A stretch of 64,000 nucleotides of DNA, from positions 64,001 through 128,000 of the forward strand of contig JAZDKB010000004.1 of NCBI GenBank assembly GCA_043803405.1, written 5' to 3'. Position 1 is the stretch's first letter; each line of letters starts with the position of its first letter. The position numbers and the translations under genes are program-made. Source of the stretch: Spirochaetota bacterium. GTDB taxonomy: Bacteria; Spirochaetota; UBA4802; JAFGDQ01. This document shows, piece after piece, positions 39,806-51,063 of this stretch. The notes below the pieces were generated by a model. That model ran no database searches and was not told where the DNA came from. It saw only the letters and a list, made by a program, of their open reading frames with translations.

Positions 39806-41083
39806 ATGAATTATTTTCTGAGAAACATAATACTCATATTTCAAGAGATAAGAAAAAATATATTCAAGACTCTGCTGTCAAGTTTCGGGATGATATTTCT
39901 TATTTCTTTTCTTGTTGTTTCTATATCGATAAAAAATTCCGTATCGGATTATTTAAAGAAAAGGATTTTCGGCGAACTTAAGATCAACCAGGTAAAAATC
40001 ACCCCTCAAAGCCAGACATCTGTTTTAAAATTCTCCGCTTCCGATATTGCAATCAGCGATGCGCAAATAAAAAAAATCAGGAATATCGAAGGTCTGGAAA
40101 ATCTTGAAGAAGTAATCAGGTTGAATTGTCCCACGTCGCTTAAGGCAGGCATGCTTGGCATGTATCTTAAAACGGATATGCTGATTAGCGGAGTGGATGC
40201 TTCATTTTTTAAAGATACGAAATTAAAATGGAAAGATTTTAAACAAAAAGATTATATACCTGTTGTTGTTCCGCTTTTTGTAATGGATGTTTATAATAAT
40301 TTTGCAGCTTCAAACGGTTTGCCTGCGCTCGGGCCAAAAGCATTAAACATGCTGTCTATTGAAATGCTGATTGGTAGGTCTTCTTTTGTCCGCAACAGTA
40401 GGAAAGAATTTAAATTCAAAGCGAAGCTATTCGGCTTTACAGAAACAATTACTACAGCAGGCATCATTGTACCCTCCGCATTTATTAAAGATTTTTGCCG
40501 TGCTAACAGCGAAGATCTTCAGCTGACGGAGAATTGTTATTCGCGTATAATGCTTGTCGGCAGCGTGAAAGATATAAAGCAAATACCAGGCGTAACCGGA
40601 AAAATACAGGCGCTGAATCTCAGTGTGGAATCCCAGGCTGATATTGCAAACAAAACCGAAAAGGCTTTGTTTTTGCTGAACGTCACGCTAAGTCTCATAT
40701 TCGGGATAATATTAGTGCTGACAGTATTAGCTGTATTTAATTCTTATCTGGCTGTCGTATATAACAGGAGTTATGTGTTTTCAATTCAAAGAATGCTCGG
40801 CACGTCAAAACTGCGGATCGTATTAATTTTTGTACTGGAGTCGGGAATTATCGGAGCTTTATATGGTTTGGCCGGGTATTTCATCGGATATTATCTCATG
40901 ACTTATTTGACGAATAACATCCCGAACTGGATGCCGCTTTTACAGGGATTAAATTTTAAACTCGAGACTCACGAATATTTGCCGGCAGTGATCGCTTTTT
41001 CTGTTTTGGTATCGAACATTTCAGCATTGATACCGGCAGTATTTGCTTCAAATCTTAATCTCTTTAATGCAGTAAAAAGATAA
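39806..41083 (+). CDS. MacB/FtsX/LolC-type ABC permease
   Basis: TM1 + large periplasmic domain + 3 TM; R.LG...I...F..E, S.LIPA..AS. Confidence 0.8.
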   Translation: MNYFLRNIILIFQEIRKNIFKTLLSSFGMIFLISFLVVSISIKNSVSDYLKKRIFGELKINQVKITPQSQTSVLKFSASDIAISDAQIKKIRNIEGLENLEEVIRLNCPTSLKAGMLGMYLKTDMLISGVDASFFKDTKLKWKDFKQKDYIPVVVPLFVMDVYNNFAASNGLPALGPKALNMLSIEMLIGRSSFVRNSRKEFKFKAKLFGFTETITTAGIIVPSAFIKDFCRANSEDLQLTENCYSRIMLVGSVKDIKQIPGVTGKIQALNLSVESQADIANKTEKALFLLNVTLSLIFGIILVLTVLAVFNSYLAVVYNRSYVFSIQRMLGTSKLRIVLIFVLESGIIGALYGLAGYFIGYYLMTYLTNNIPNWMPLLQGLNFKLETHEYLPAVIAFSVLVSNISALIPAVFASNLNLFNAVKR

Positions 41084-41095
41084 AAAATAATTTGA

Positions 41096-43099
41096 ATGAT
41101 GAAAGATAAAAGTAAAATCATAAGGCGTTATAACGAACTTGTTAACCTTATAGAAAAATATAATTATAATTATTATAATCTCGACGCGCCTGTTGTTGAT
41201 GATTCCGAATATGATTTGCTGATGCAGGAACTCGTCGATATTGAAAAAAAATATCCGGAAATAAAGTCCGAAAATTCCCCGACGCAGAAAGTTTCCGGCT
41301 TTGCTTCGGAAACTTTTTCCGAAGCAAAGCATGATCCTCCTATGCTAAGCTTAAGCAATGTCTTTACTATAGATGAATTGATCGACTTTGATGCAAGATG
41401 CAGAAAAAATTTAAATGTCAGTAACGACATTTTGTATTGCTGTGAATTAAAATTCGACGGACTGGCAGTTGAAGCAATTTATGAAAACGGCAGATTCGTT
41501 AAAGGATCAACCAGGGGAGACGGATTAGTCGGTGAAGATATTACCGCGAATCTGGCGATGTTAAAAGATTTGCCTCTTGTTCTTAAAGGGAAAATACCTT
41601 CTTTCCTTTCAGTCAGGGGCGAAGTTTTTATGACTCACAGCGAATTCGATCGCTTAAATAAACTAAAAGAGTCTAAAGAACAATCGTTGTTCGCAAATCC
41701 CAGAAACGCGGCTGCCGGGTCTCTGAGGCAATTGAACCCGGAAATCACAAAGGAAAGAGATCTGAAAATTATTTTTTATTCGCTTGGAAAAATTGACTCG
41801 GATCGTAAAATCGGCAATCAAAAAGATTTGTTTGATTATCTTTCAATATTAAAACTGCCGGTTTCTGATAAAATAGAATACGGCGATATTAACAAGATGC
41901 AGGACTGCTATCATTACTGGAACGAAAATCGGCATACCCTTGATTTTGATATAGACGGCATAGTAATAAAAGTTTTAGATTTCGGATACAGGGAAAGCCT
42001 TGGCATTACAAGCAGAAATCCCAGATGGGCAACTGCCTGGAAGTTTCCTGCAAAAGAAGCGGTCACAGTTCTGGAGTCAGTCGATTTCCAGGTGGGGAGG
42101 ACAGGCATCATCACTCCTGTGGCCAATCTGCGCCCTATAAACATTGGAGGCGTACTTGTTAAGAGAGCGACCCTCCATAACTTTAATGAAATTAAAAGGC
42201 TCGATATCAGGATCGGCGATAGCGTAAAAGTAAAAAGGGCAGGAGATGTTATTCCTAAAGTTACGGATGTTGTAGCAGATAAAAGGCCGTTCGATATTAA
42301 AGAGATTGAGACGCCGGAGAAATGCCCGTCGTGCGGGAGTAATCTAGTAAATGAGGATATTTACGTTCGTTGTGTAAATCCGGAATGTGAAGCAATAAAG
42401 CTCGAAAAACTAATATTTTTCGTTTCAAAGAATGCAATGGATATTGAATCGTTCGGGCCCGAGCTTATTTTAAGACTGTATAATGCCGGTATAGTAAAGT
42501 CAATTGCCGATATTTTTAAGCTCACAAAAAATGATCTGCTTAAAGTAGATCGAATGGGAGATGTTCTTGCGGAGAAAATTCTGACCGCAATCGGAAACCG
42601 GAAGTCCGTATCGCTGTCGTTCTTTCTGCGCAGCCTCGGCATCAGGAACATCGGCGATCATTTGGCAAAAGTTATCGCAAAAGAAGTAAAAAGCCTGGCA
42701 AAACTTTTTGAAATAAGCAAAGAAGAACTTTCGGATATCTTTGAAGTAGGCCCGGAAGTTTCCGAGTCTGTTTATGCTTTTTTTCATAACAGGGATTCTC
42801 TTAAACTCGTTAATGAAATTGTAGCTTCAGGAGTAGTTGTCCGGGATGAGGTAGTGGAGGAATCCGGCATTGATAATATTAAGAACAGGAATTTCGTTTT
42901 CACCGGCTCTCTTTCACGTATTTCCAGAAAGGAAGCTGAAGAGCTGGTGGAAAAATACGGAGGGCGCGCATCGGGTTCGATAAGTAAAAAAACAGATTAC
43001 CTTGTGGCCGGCGATTCACCGGGCTCGAAATACAATAAAGCGCGCGAACTGGGTATTGCTATACTTACGGAAGATGAGTTTTTTAAGATGATAAAATGA
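41096..43099 (+). CDS. ligA: NAD-dependent DNA ligase
   Basis: ELKFDG, STRGDG..GED, NPRNAAAGSLRQ, VGRTG, C4 zinc finger, BRCT. Confidence 0.97.
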   Translation: MMKDKSKIIRRYNELVNLIEKYNYNYYNLDAPVVDDSEYDLLMQELVDIEKKYPEIKSENSPTQKVSGFASETFSEAKHDPPMLSLSNVFTIDELIDFDARCRKNLNVSNDILYCCELKFDGLAVEAIYENGRFVKGSTRGDGLVGEDITANLAMLKDLPLVLKGKIPSFLSVRGEVFMTHSEFDRLNKLKESKEQSLFANPRNAAAGSLRQLNPEITKERDLKIIFYSLGKIDSDRKIGNQKDLFDYLSILKLPVSDKIEYGDINKMQDCYHYWNENRHTLDFDIDGIVIKVLDFGYRESLGITSRNPRWATAWKFPAKEAVTVLESVDFQVGRTGIITPVANLRPINIGGVLVKRATLHNFNEIKRLDIRIGDSVKVKRAGDVIPKVTDVVADKRPFDIKEIETPEKCPSCGSNLVNEDIYVRCVNPECEAIKLEKLIFFVSKNAMDIESFGPELILRLYNAGIVKSIADIFKLTKNDLLKVDRMGDVLAEKILTAIGNRKSVSLSFFLRSLGIRNIGDHLAKVIAKEVKSLAKLFEISKEELSDIFEVGPEVSESVYAFFHNRDSLKLVNEIVASGVVVRDEVVEESGIDNIKNRNFVFTGSLSRISRKEAEELVEKYGGRASGSISKKTDYLVAGDSPGSKYNKARELGIAILTEDEFFKMIK

Positions 43100-43195
43100 A
43101 TATCAATAGACATCCCTAGATTAACCTTTAACCCTAATTATTACGCCAATATATGAGGTTTTAAAAATAGTTTTGGTATCTATTATTAAATAATA

Positions 43196-44845
43196 TTGCA
43201 AAAAGAAAACCAGATGCAAGATAAAATATTAAATTTCTTTAGAAATTATTATTACATTCTAAGCGGATTCCTGGTCTTCCTTTCATTCCCAACTTACGAT
43301 ATCTGGTTTTTAAAAGGATTCAGTTTTTTCGCATGGATATCTCTGGTGCCCTTACTGGTTTACATCAGGGAAAAAAGTTATAAAGAAATATTGTGGTCGT
43401 CTTTTATTGCGGGCATAATTTGGAATTATTTAGTATATGGCTGGATAGGCGACTTCGGGGCAAATGTCAAAGGCGGTGATCTTGTTATACAGGCCTTTAT
43501 GACCCCAAGCCTCACGGTATTTTTTGTAACAAAAATTTTAATGGCAGAATACTTTTCAAGACAGTTTGAAAAGTGCAGAATTTTTATTTATCCGTCGATA
43601 TGGATATTTATCGACTGGATAGAATCTATCGGTTTTCTTGCATTCCCCTGGACATACTGGGGATATTCTCAATTTATGTTCACTCCGTTTATTCAGTTGA
43701 GTTCATTAACCGGAGTGATGGGAATTACTTTTATATTAATTTTAGCGAATAATATATTTGCTGATTTTTGCAATAAATATTTAAAACAGGATAAGAAGTT
43801 CAAAGAATTATTATGTTCTTCTGCTGTTAAAAAAATATTAGCACTAATATTTTTTGTTATAATAATTTCCTGTTTAGGGCAATATGTTGTAAGTAATTCC
43901 GGCGCCTCGGAAAAACGCGACCTTAGAATTGCAGTAATCCAGTCGTGCATATCTCCATGGGAGAACTGGAATCAAAATCGCTTTAAATATCTGGAGAATC
44001 TGGAATATTATACAAAGCTTTCACTTGAACAAAATCCGGATATACTGATATGGTCGGAATCCGCTACGCTGGAACATATATCATATCATTACGCAAACGG
44101 AAACCTGAATGAATTTGAGCGCAGAGTGCTGGAAATAGCAAGATCAGCAGGGAAACCTCTCGTGACCGGGGAGATCGGAGTTGCTGAGGAAATTTTTCCG
44201 CACAGGCGTTATCCTCAGAACAATGCTGTTCTAATTAGTGAAAAAGGCGAGGTTGTCGATACTTATGCGAAAATACACCTAGTGCCTTTCGGTGAGTGGT
44301 TTCCTTACGAGAAGTGGTTCCCTTTTCTGAAAGAACTTCTGTTCCAGTTCGGCGCATCAAATTTTGTACCCGGCCGGGAACCTTTGGTATTTCAAGCTTT
44401 AAACAGAAAATTCGGAGTTTTGATTTGCTATGAAGGTATTTTTTATAAATTATGCCGAAAATATAAAAATTCAGGCAGCGAATTTCTAATTAATATAACC
44501 AACCTTGGATGGACTGATGCGTATGCAGGCCATATACAGCAATTTGCCGCATCCAGGTTCAGAGCAATTGAAAATGGAGTTTGGTTTATTAGCGCAAGCA
44601 ATTCCGGTATTACAGGATTAATAGATCCCTATGGAAGAATCGTTGAGTCAATTCCAAGACTAAAGCAAGGTTATCTTGTATCAGATTTAAATATTAATCT
44701 AAATCACCCAACTTTTTATTCAAAATACGGAGATATAATTATTTATTTCGCAATAGCATTTATAATTGTAATTATTCTTACGGCATTCTATAAGTTCTTT
44801 ATAGTACGTATAAAAAACAATTACAAATCATCTCAAAAATTTTGA
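43196..44845 (+). CDS. lnt: Apolipoprotein N-acyltransferase
   Basis: FPW...GYSQ, WSE, YAKIHLVPFGE, ICYE, RAIEN; alternative ATG at 43214. Confidence 0.93.
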   Translation: MQKENQMQDKILNFFRNYYYILSGFLVFLSFPTYDIWFLKGFSFFAWISLVPLLVYIREKSYKEILWSSFIAGIIWNYLVYGWIGDFGANVKGGDLVIQAFMTPSLTVFFVTKILMAEYFSRQFEKCRIFIYPSIWIFIDWIESIGFLAFPWTYWGYSQFMFTPFIQLSSLTGVMGITFILILANNIFADFCNKYLKQDKKFKELLCSSAVKKILALIFFVIIISCLGQYVVSNSGASEKRDLRIAVIQSCISPWENWNQNRFKYLENLEYYTKLSLEQNPDILIWSESATLEHISYHYANGNLNEFERRVLEIARSAGKPLVTGEIGVAEEIFPHRRYPQNNAVLISEKGEVVDTYAKIHLVPFGEWFPYEKWFPFLKELLFQFGASNFVPGREPLVFQALNRKFGVLICYEGIFYKLCRKYKNSGSEFLINITNLGWTDAYAGHIQQFAASRFRAIENGVWFISASNSGITGLIDPYGRIVESIPRLKQGYLVSDLNINLNHPTFYSKYGDIIIYFAIAFIIVIILTAFYKFFIVRIKNNYKSSQKF

Positions 44846-44902
44846 AATGTACTTCTATTTAAAATCGGTTATTTATATAAAATCACATCTTTACGATGAG
44901 GT

Positions 44903-45421
44903 CTATTTTTTTATCTGACTATAATATATTTTCCTGACATTATAAAAAAAATCCATGTATTCCTGTTTTTTGTAATCCGGATATGTCCAGTCCCATGGCT
45001 GGAATTTTTTTTCAACATATTTTAATTCGTTTTCAAGATAAACACCCTTATTGAGATATATTCTGTGGAAATACTCCTTACATGAAGCGAGGTACACATT
45101 TGATAATGTGAGATAACCTGGGTCAATATTTATCTTCCTTTTATCTTTATCGATTTTTTTTTCAATTTTATTGGTAAATAGTTTGATTTTAACAATTTTT
45201 TCTCTTTGGATCAATTTTTTAAATGAGATTAATACTTTAAAAAGTTTATTGCCGATAGAATTATAATATTCAGTATGAACAAAAGGTATATTCATAGTTT
45301 TAAAATCAATAATCCCGAATTTTTTGCTTAGTTGGATTTCAGCTGAAGATAAATGCTCTTCAGATGCAGTTAATATACCTATAAAAAGCTTTGCTTTTAC
45401 AGGTATTACAGGTTCAGCCAT
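44903..45421 (-). CDS. DUF4416 family protein
   Basis: F.HT.YY, K..TN.IE, R.INIDPGYL, HRIYL..GVY, WTYPDY. Confidence 0.8.
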   Translation of the reverse strand: MAEPVIPVKAKLFIGILTASEEHLSSAEIQLSKKFGIIDFKTMNIPFVHTEYYNSIGNKLFKVLISFKKLIQREKIVKIKLFTNKIEKKIDKDKRKINIDPGYLTLSNVYLASCKEYFHRIYLNKGVYLENELKYVEKKFQPWDWTYPDYKKQEYMDFFYNVRKIYYSQIKK

Positions 45422-45576
45422 GATTTTTTATCCATAAGAGTATTTTTTAAACTTAAAACAATAACATACATATATTAATAACAACGGCAATAATTTTTAT
45501 AAAAAAATAAATTTTTTTATTGACATAAAATCAAGTTAAATATATTTAGTATATATAACTTACTAAAGTAAATTTT

Positions 45577-45694
<118 letters not shown>

Positions 45695-45720
45695 TTGGCA
45701 TTATTCAATTATAAATTATA

Positions 45721-45750
45721 AAAACCCATGTTAACAGCATGGGTTTTTTT
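45721..45750 (+). terminator. Intrinsic terminator of 5S rRNA
   Basis: AAAACCCATG-TTAACAG-CATGGGTTTTTTT. Confidence 0.8.
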
Positions 45751-45895
45751 ATTAATAATTATTGCTGAAGACTGCATTCATTGTAGCAAAATACAGTGCT
45801 CATCAGACCAATACAAAATCATTAAAGACTTGCCATTAATAATTTTATTAATTTTAAAAATGTTCTTTGGGCAGAGAAATGTTTCCTATTAATAT

Positions 45896-45930
45896 AAAAA
45901 GCCGCAGTAAAATTTCTTTCTGCGGCTTTT
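45896..45930 (-). terminator. Intrinsic (likely bidirectional) terminator after the LipL21-like gene
   Basis: AAAAAGCCGCAG...CTGCGGCTTTT. Confidence 0.75.
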
Positions 45931-45959
45931 ATTTTTTATTCTTTAGTCGGAATTATATG

Positions 45960-46421
45960 CTATTTTGTTACGGCTGTTCCGCTATCGACTTCTTTTCTTA
46001 AATTTTTCTTTTCAACCTGGTATACTATTTCACAGTTGTCGTCATCATCAAAACTGGATTTTACAATAGTGCCACCTTTTACAAGACCGCCGAATTCTTT
46101 AGAAACAGCGATTCCTGTGGAAGCATAATCTGCAGCGCCTGCAGCACCTTCAAGTCTAGCACCTACAAATTTTTCAATGATTCTCTTTTGAGCCATAATC
46201 TGGGCTGCTTCCTGAGCTGTGCCTCTTCTCTGGATTTTATTTTGTAAACCTTCTTTCGGAACTCCTGTTGAGGTCACTCTGAATATGTCCGGACTAACCC
46301 AGCCTTCTGTAACAAAGCTTTCTCCTTTAACCTGTCCACCCATGGAACCTGAACCGCCTGAACATGCTGTAAAAACGATTGCAACAGCTGCAAGTAAGCA
46401 TAAGCTAAAGATTCTTTTCAT
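45960..46421 (-). CDS. LipL21-like surface lipoprotein
   Basis: Lipobox FTA-C; EGW, EKFVGA.LEGAAG.AD..STG..VS....G.VKG and C.IVY resemble leptospiral LipL21 (from recall); RBS AAGGAGG. Confidence 0.65.
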   Translation of the reverse strand: MKRIFSLCLLAAVAIVFTACSGGSGSMGGQVKGESFVTEGWVSPDIFRVTSTGVPKEGLQNKIQRRGTAQEAAQIMAQKRIIEKFVGARLEGAAGAADYASTGIAVSKEFGGLVKGGTIVKSSFDDDDNCEIVYQVEKKNLRKEVDSGTAVTK

Positions 46422-46720
46422 AAAAAAATCCTCCTTATTTTTTTGGGGTAAACCCTAAATTTCAAATCCGATCATAAATACGGATTTATAAATAACATAC
46501 TTTTACATCTAAAACTTATTATTCTAATAGATAATATCGATTGAAATCAAAGTCAAGTGTAAAAATGAAAATTTTTTTAAAAATCAGAATTAAAAAAAAT
46601 TAGTGATTTCCGACAAAAATTAAATAATTGTATATAATTTTTAATGCTTTTATAGAATAGTAGAATTTTTATTTATTTTATAATTCAGTTTATAAAAATA
46701 GCACATGTTAGGTTTTAAAA

Positions 46721-47332
46721 CTAACTTCTAGTAAAGACCTTGTTCCCATGTATTTTTAAACGATCTTCGCAAAAAAGTTTTATCGATTCCGGAAAAATTT
46801 TATGCTCTTCTTTTAGAATTCTGGCAGACAATGTTTCTACCGTATCGGTATCAAGAACTTTGACTGCGGTTTGTAAAATAATCGGGCCTGTATCTGTACC
46901 TTCATCTATAAAATGAGTTGTGCAGCCTGTGATTTTTACTCCTTTTTCAAACGCCTGTTTCTGAGCATTGGTTCCGGGAAAAGATGGAAGCAGGGCGGGA
47001 TGAATATTTATTATTCTGTTTTTGTACTCATTAACAAAATATGGACTAAGCACTCTCATGTAACCGGCTGCCACAACCAGGTCGGTATTATTCTGCTTGA
47101 GTAATTGCACCATTGCTTTTTCATGATCTTTTTTGGAAGTAAAGGATGCAGGGTTTACGAAAAACGAGTTCATACCGAAATCGTTTGCAAGATCAAGCGC
47201 TTTCGCTTCTTTTTTGTCGGAAATTAAAATCCCTAAAAGCGCATTAATTTCTCCTGAGGATATTTTTTCCGCAATTGCTTTAAAATTCGATCCGCGGCCT
47301 GAGGCTATAAATGATACTATCTTTTTTTTCAT
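46721..47332 (-). CDS. purN: Phosphoribosylglycinamide formyltransferase
   Basis: SGRGSN, AGYMR, INIHPALLP.FPG, D.GTDTGPII, EEH. Confidence 0.96.
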   Translation of the reverse strand: MKKKIVSFIASGRGSNFKAIAEKISSGEINALLGILISDKKEAKALDLANDFGMNSFFVNPASFTSKKDHEKAMVQLLKQNNTDLVVAAGYMRVLSPYFVNEYKNRIINIHPALLPSFPGTNAQKQAFEKGVKITGCTTHFIDEGTDTGPIILQTAVKVLDTDTVETLSARILKEEHKIFPESIKLFCEDRLKIHGNKVFTRS

Positions 47333-47694
47333 TAATTACTCCGCTATTTAAAGCTATAATTTCTTAATGCAGCTGGTTGCTAATTTTAAACAAGCTGTTG
47401 TTAAGATGAGTTGAAATTAAAATAAAAAAAATATTAACAGCAGTCAAATATAAATTCGATTGATGGTTCAGGATAATAATCAATCGTGATTTCCGGAATC
47501 GCATTTTACATAATGGAGGTTTTATTTAACTAAAAAAATGATTGATCTTTTTATTTTAAAATAATTATAAATAATTTGTAAAAATCGGCTGATTACTAAT
47601 GATACGGAGTTGGGCAATGATCAAATATAAAGAGATTATAGATGCCGGTGGTATATTATCCTGTTTTTTGAAAAATTCAACGAAATAATAATTT

Positions 47695-48357
47695 ATGAGC
47701 ATTCTATCGCTATGTGATGTCGGCAAATCATTTAGAAAAAGAAAGATTTTAAGTGAAATTAACCTGGAAATTGAATCGGGTTCTATTAATTCGTTATCCG
47801 GCAGATCTGGTTCGGGAAAGACAACCTTGCTGACTGTAATGTCAGGTTTGCTGAAGCCGGATTCGGGACAGGTGTTTTATAAAGGAAAGAACATATATAA
47901 ATGGGCCGATTTTAAAAGATCTGCCTACAGGAATAAAAACGTAGGATTTATTTTCCAGTCGTTCAATCTCCTTCCGGATTACACCGTTTATCAAAATATA
48001 GTTTATCCGGCAGTTCTTAATTTTTCCGCAAAAGGCATTAAACAAAAAGCTGATTATTTAATTGAATATCTTGGAATAAAAAACATTGAAAACCATTTGC
48101 CTGCCGCTATTTCCGGGGGCGAAAAGCAGCGGGCTGCTGTTGCCAGGGCAATGATGAATGATCCGGACATTATATTTGCCGACGAGCCCACTGGAAATCT
48201 TGATTCAGATACCGGTAAATCAATATTTGCATTATTTAAGGACATTCAAAAAAAGCATGAAATTAGTTTTATAATTGCTACTCATGATAAATATATTATC
48301 AGGAATTCGGATTATCATTATAGTTTAATGAACTGTAGCATTACAAATAAAACTTAG
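47695..48357 (+). CDS. LolD/MacB-type ABC ATPase
   Basis: [34 protein letters not shown]. Confidence 0.9.
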   Translation: MSILSLCDVGKSFRKRKILSEINLEIESGSINSLSGRSGSGKTTLLTVMSGLLKPDSGQVFYKGKNIYKWADFKRSAYRNKNVGFIFQSFNLLPDYTVYQNIVYPAVLNFSAKGIKQKADYLIEYLGIKNIENHLPAAISGGEKQRAAVARAMMNDPDIIFADEPTGNLDSDTGKSIFALFKDIQKKHEISFIIATHDKYIIRNSDYHYSLMNCSITNKT

Positions 48358-48433
48358 AGTGTATACTTAAACCTATTGCAATATCCGGATTCATTGGTAT
48401 TTTTTATAAATTATTTATTTATCCAGATTGATT

Positions 48434-49192
48434 ATGTTTGAAATAAAAAAAATACTTACTGCATGCATAAATTTTCCAGGCATTATTATACTTTTTTTGC
48501 TTATTACAGGTTTTTACGGTTTTATGAAAAAGTCACGGATTTTAAAATATAATTTAATTTGCGGAATTATTTTATATTGTTTGTCTGTATCTTATTTTAC
48601 AAATAATTTAATAGGATTTATAGAGCAGGAAAGAATTTATAAAGGCACGCCGGCTGTAGACGCAATGATCCTTCTCGGCGGGGGGACAGTGGATGGGGTT
48701 CCGGATATTTCCGGTAAAAGTATCCCGTCAACCGACATGGTTGTGCGTCTTGTTGATGCAGCAAGGCTATATAAAAAATATAAATATCCGATAGTGGTAA
48801 GCGGCGGGACCATCCAGGGCAGAGATAAGGAAACTGTTATTGTTGAAAGATTTTTGGCTGATTTAGGAGTAAAAAGAAAAGATATTATACTTGAAGACTC
48901 AAGCAGGGATACTGTTGAGAATGCTTTGAATGTTAAGGAAATTTTCAGGAAAAACGGATTCAAAAAGGGCTTGATAATAACATCCGCTTATCATTTAAGA
49001 AGAGCTGAGTTTATTTTTAGGAAGACTGGCATTGAAGTTTATCCGCATTCAAGCGGAATACTATCCGATAGAAATATTAAGCTGAGTCTATTTGATTTTT
49101 TACCCAATACTAATGAACTGGATAAAACTGCTGTTACATTGAAGGAAACATTCGGGCTGTTATTTTATTATATTAAATATGCAATTTTTTAA
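48434..49192 (+). CDS. YdcF/ElyC (DUF218) envelope protein
   Basis: LLGGG, VSGG, E..SRDT.ENA, TSAYH..RA. Confidence 0.85.
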   Translation: MFEIKKILTACINFPGIIILFLLITGFYGFMKKSRILKYNLICGIILYCLSVSYFTNNLIGFIEQERIYKGTPAVDAMILLGGGTVDGVPDISGKSIPSTDMVVRLVDAARLYKKYKYPIVVSGGTIQGRDKETVIVERFLADLGVKRKDIILEDSSRDTVENALNVKEIFRKNGFKKGLIITSAYHLRRAEFIFRKTGIEVYPHSSGILSDRNIKLSLFDFLPNTNELDKTAVTLKETFGLLFYYIKYAIF

Positions 49193-49278
49193 CGGGAACA
49201 TCTGGTAATGCTATTCAGGTGGAAAGTCTTTCTAAAAAAAATATTAGAACGTAATAACAGGCATTATGGAGGATTCAT

Positions 49279-50223
49279 ATTTATCATAAAAAAAGAATAC
49301 TTGTAACCGGCGGCGCGGGTTTTATCGGCTCTCATTTGTGCGAATTGTTGTTAAAACAGGGCAATGAAGTAATCTGCGTGGATAATTTTTTTACAGGCGC
49401 AAAGGTCAATATTAGTCATCTGTCCGAATATGATTCTTTTGAATTTATACGGCACGACATTGTTTTCCCGATATTTCTTGAAGTTGAAGAAGTATATAAT
49501 CTGGCATGTCCTGCTTCGCCGATTCACTATAGATATAATCCCGTTAAAACCGTTAAGACAAACGTAATGGGAGCAATTAACATGCTTGGGCTGGCCAAGC
49601 GCGTTAAAGCAAAGATTCTGCAGGCATCCACAAGCGAAGTTTACGGAGATCCGGATATTCATCCGCAGAAGGAGGACTACTGGGGCAGGGTTAACCCGAT
49701 TGGGCTGAGAGCCTGTTATGATGAAGGGAAAAGATGCGCTGAAACATTATTTTTCGATTATCACAGGCAGAATAAAGTAAATATACGTGTTGCAAGAATC
49801 TTTAATACTTACGGGCCGAAAATGATGCCGGATGACGGCAGGGTAGTGAGCAATTTTATTGTACAAGCCCTTAAGAACGAAGATATTACTATTTACGGCA
49901 AAGGTGACCAGACCAGGTCTTTTTGCTATATTGATGATTTAGTAAGCGGTCTGGTTAAATTAATGAATTCTCCGGATGATGTTATTGGACCTGTAAACCT
50001 GGGCAATCCGGTCGAAAATACAGTCCTGGATCTGGCTAAAATGATAATGAGCTTAACAAATTCAAGATCTAAAATTATTTTTCATCCGCTGCCTGAAGAT
50101 GATCCTGTAAGGAGAAAACCCGATATAGCACTTGCGAAAGAGAGACTGTCCTGGGAGCCATATATTAAAATTGAAGAAGGACTGCAAAAAACAATAGAAT
50201 ATTTTGATAAAATATTAAAATAG
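49279..50223 (+). CDS. UDP-glucuronate decarboxylase (UXS-like SDR); probable ATT start
   Basis: [14 protein letters not shown] lies upstream of the track's TTG start; [28 protein letters not shown]. Confidence 0.9.
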   Translation: MYHKKRILVTGGAGFIGSHLCELLLKQGNEVICVDNFFTGAKVNISHLSEYDSFEFIRHDIVFPIFLEVEEVYNLACPASPIHYRYNPVKTVKTNVMGAINMLGLAKRVKAKILQASTSEVYGDPDIHPQKEDYWGRVNPIGLRACYDEGKRCAETLFFDYHRQNKVNIRVARIFNTYGPKMMPDDGRVVSNFIVQALKNEDITIYGKGDQTRSFCYIDDLVSGLVKLMNSPDDVIGPVNLGNPVENTVLDLAKMIMSLTNSRSKIIFHPLPEDDPVRRKPDIALAKERLSWEPYIKIEEGLQKTIEYFDKILK

Positions 50224-50233
50224 CTTTTTCGGG

Positions 50234-50755
50234 TTATTGAACCGCAGAAATTAAATCCAATGCCTGCTTTTTATAAGTGCCGGTATCGCTTTCAATTACT
50301 TTTTGCAGGTTTTCCCTGCATTTTTCGTTATTTCCTAAATTATAGTAACTGATAGCAATGTTCAGGAAGGCTGCGAATTTTATATAATTAAACTTTGCCA
50401 GGTCGTAATTTATAACAACTGAAAGTTGTGTAATCGCATCCTCGTATTTTCCGATTAAAAACAGGTTTTTACCGATATAATAGTTTGAAATTCCGACAAT
50501 AATGTTGTTGGTTTGATTGGTTTTAATGCATTCCTGAAAGGTTTCTATGGAAAGATCGTTCAGTCTGTCTTTATAGGCTATATAACTGGCATACAGAAGA
50601 TTTTTATTGTTTATAAATTTTTCGTTTAAAACAGTATCCCAGAATAATTTATCCTCTTCAATTAAGGCTATATTCTTTTTGTTTTGGCTGGCTTCGGTTG
50701 TATCACCGGTTATAATTAATGCTAATAAAAAAACAGGTAAAAATATCTTTTTCAT
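50234..50755 (-). CDS. Secreted TPR protein
   Basis: Signal peptide; TPR-like helices YYIG..LF..GKYEDA and NIAISYYNLG..EK. Confidence 0.7.
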   Translation of the reverse strand: MKKIFLPVFLLALIITGDTTEASQNKKNIALIEEDKLFWDTVLNEKFINNKNLLYASYIAYKDRLNDLSIETFQECIKTNQTNNIIVGISNYYIGKNLFLIGKYEDAITQLSVVINYDLAKFNYIKFAAFLNIAISYYNLGNNEKCRENLQKVIESDTGTYKKQALDLISAVQ

Positions 50756-50944
50756 TTGTGATCCCGGCAGTTCGTTAGATGATGTACGGTGTAACTATCT
50801 TTATAATATTTTAAATTAATATTTAAATTAGTCAAATAATAATTACAATATTTAACAAATAATTAATTTTGAATGTATTTTAATGCATCAGTAAATACCC
50901 GCTACTTTTATCTTTTTTTGTTTCTAATAAAGACTATTTTTTAC

Positions 50945-50974
50945 TTGACAATTTAATTCACTTAAATTTATAAT
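50945..50974 (+). promoter_or_regulatory. Sigma70-type promoter of the PKS operon
   Basis: TTGACA (50945-50950)-N18-TATAAT (50969-50974); RBS GGAGAGG before ATG 51064. Confidence 0.75.
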
Positions 50975-50997
50975 CCACTTTTAAATTTCAATATCGA

Positions 50998-51011
50998 ACT
51001 GACTTGTCAGT
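50998..51011. promoter_or_regulatory. Palindromic operator candidate (TetR-type)
   Basis: ACTGAC-TT-GTCAGT just downstream of the -10 box. Confidence 0.6.
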
Positions 51012-51063
51012 CTAATTATTTTGAATATTAATTAAAACAAAGATATTTATTTGGAGAGGCTAG

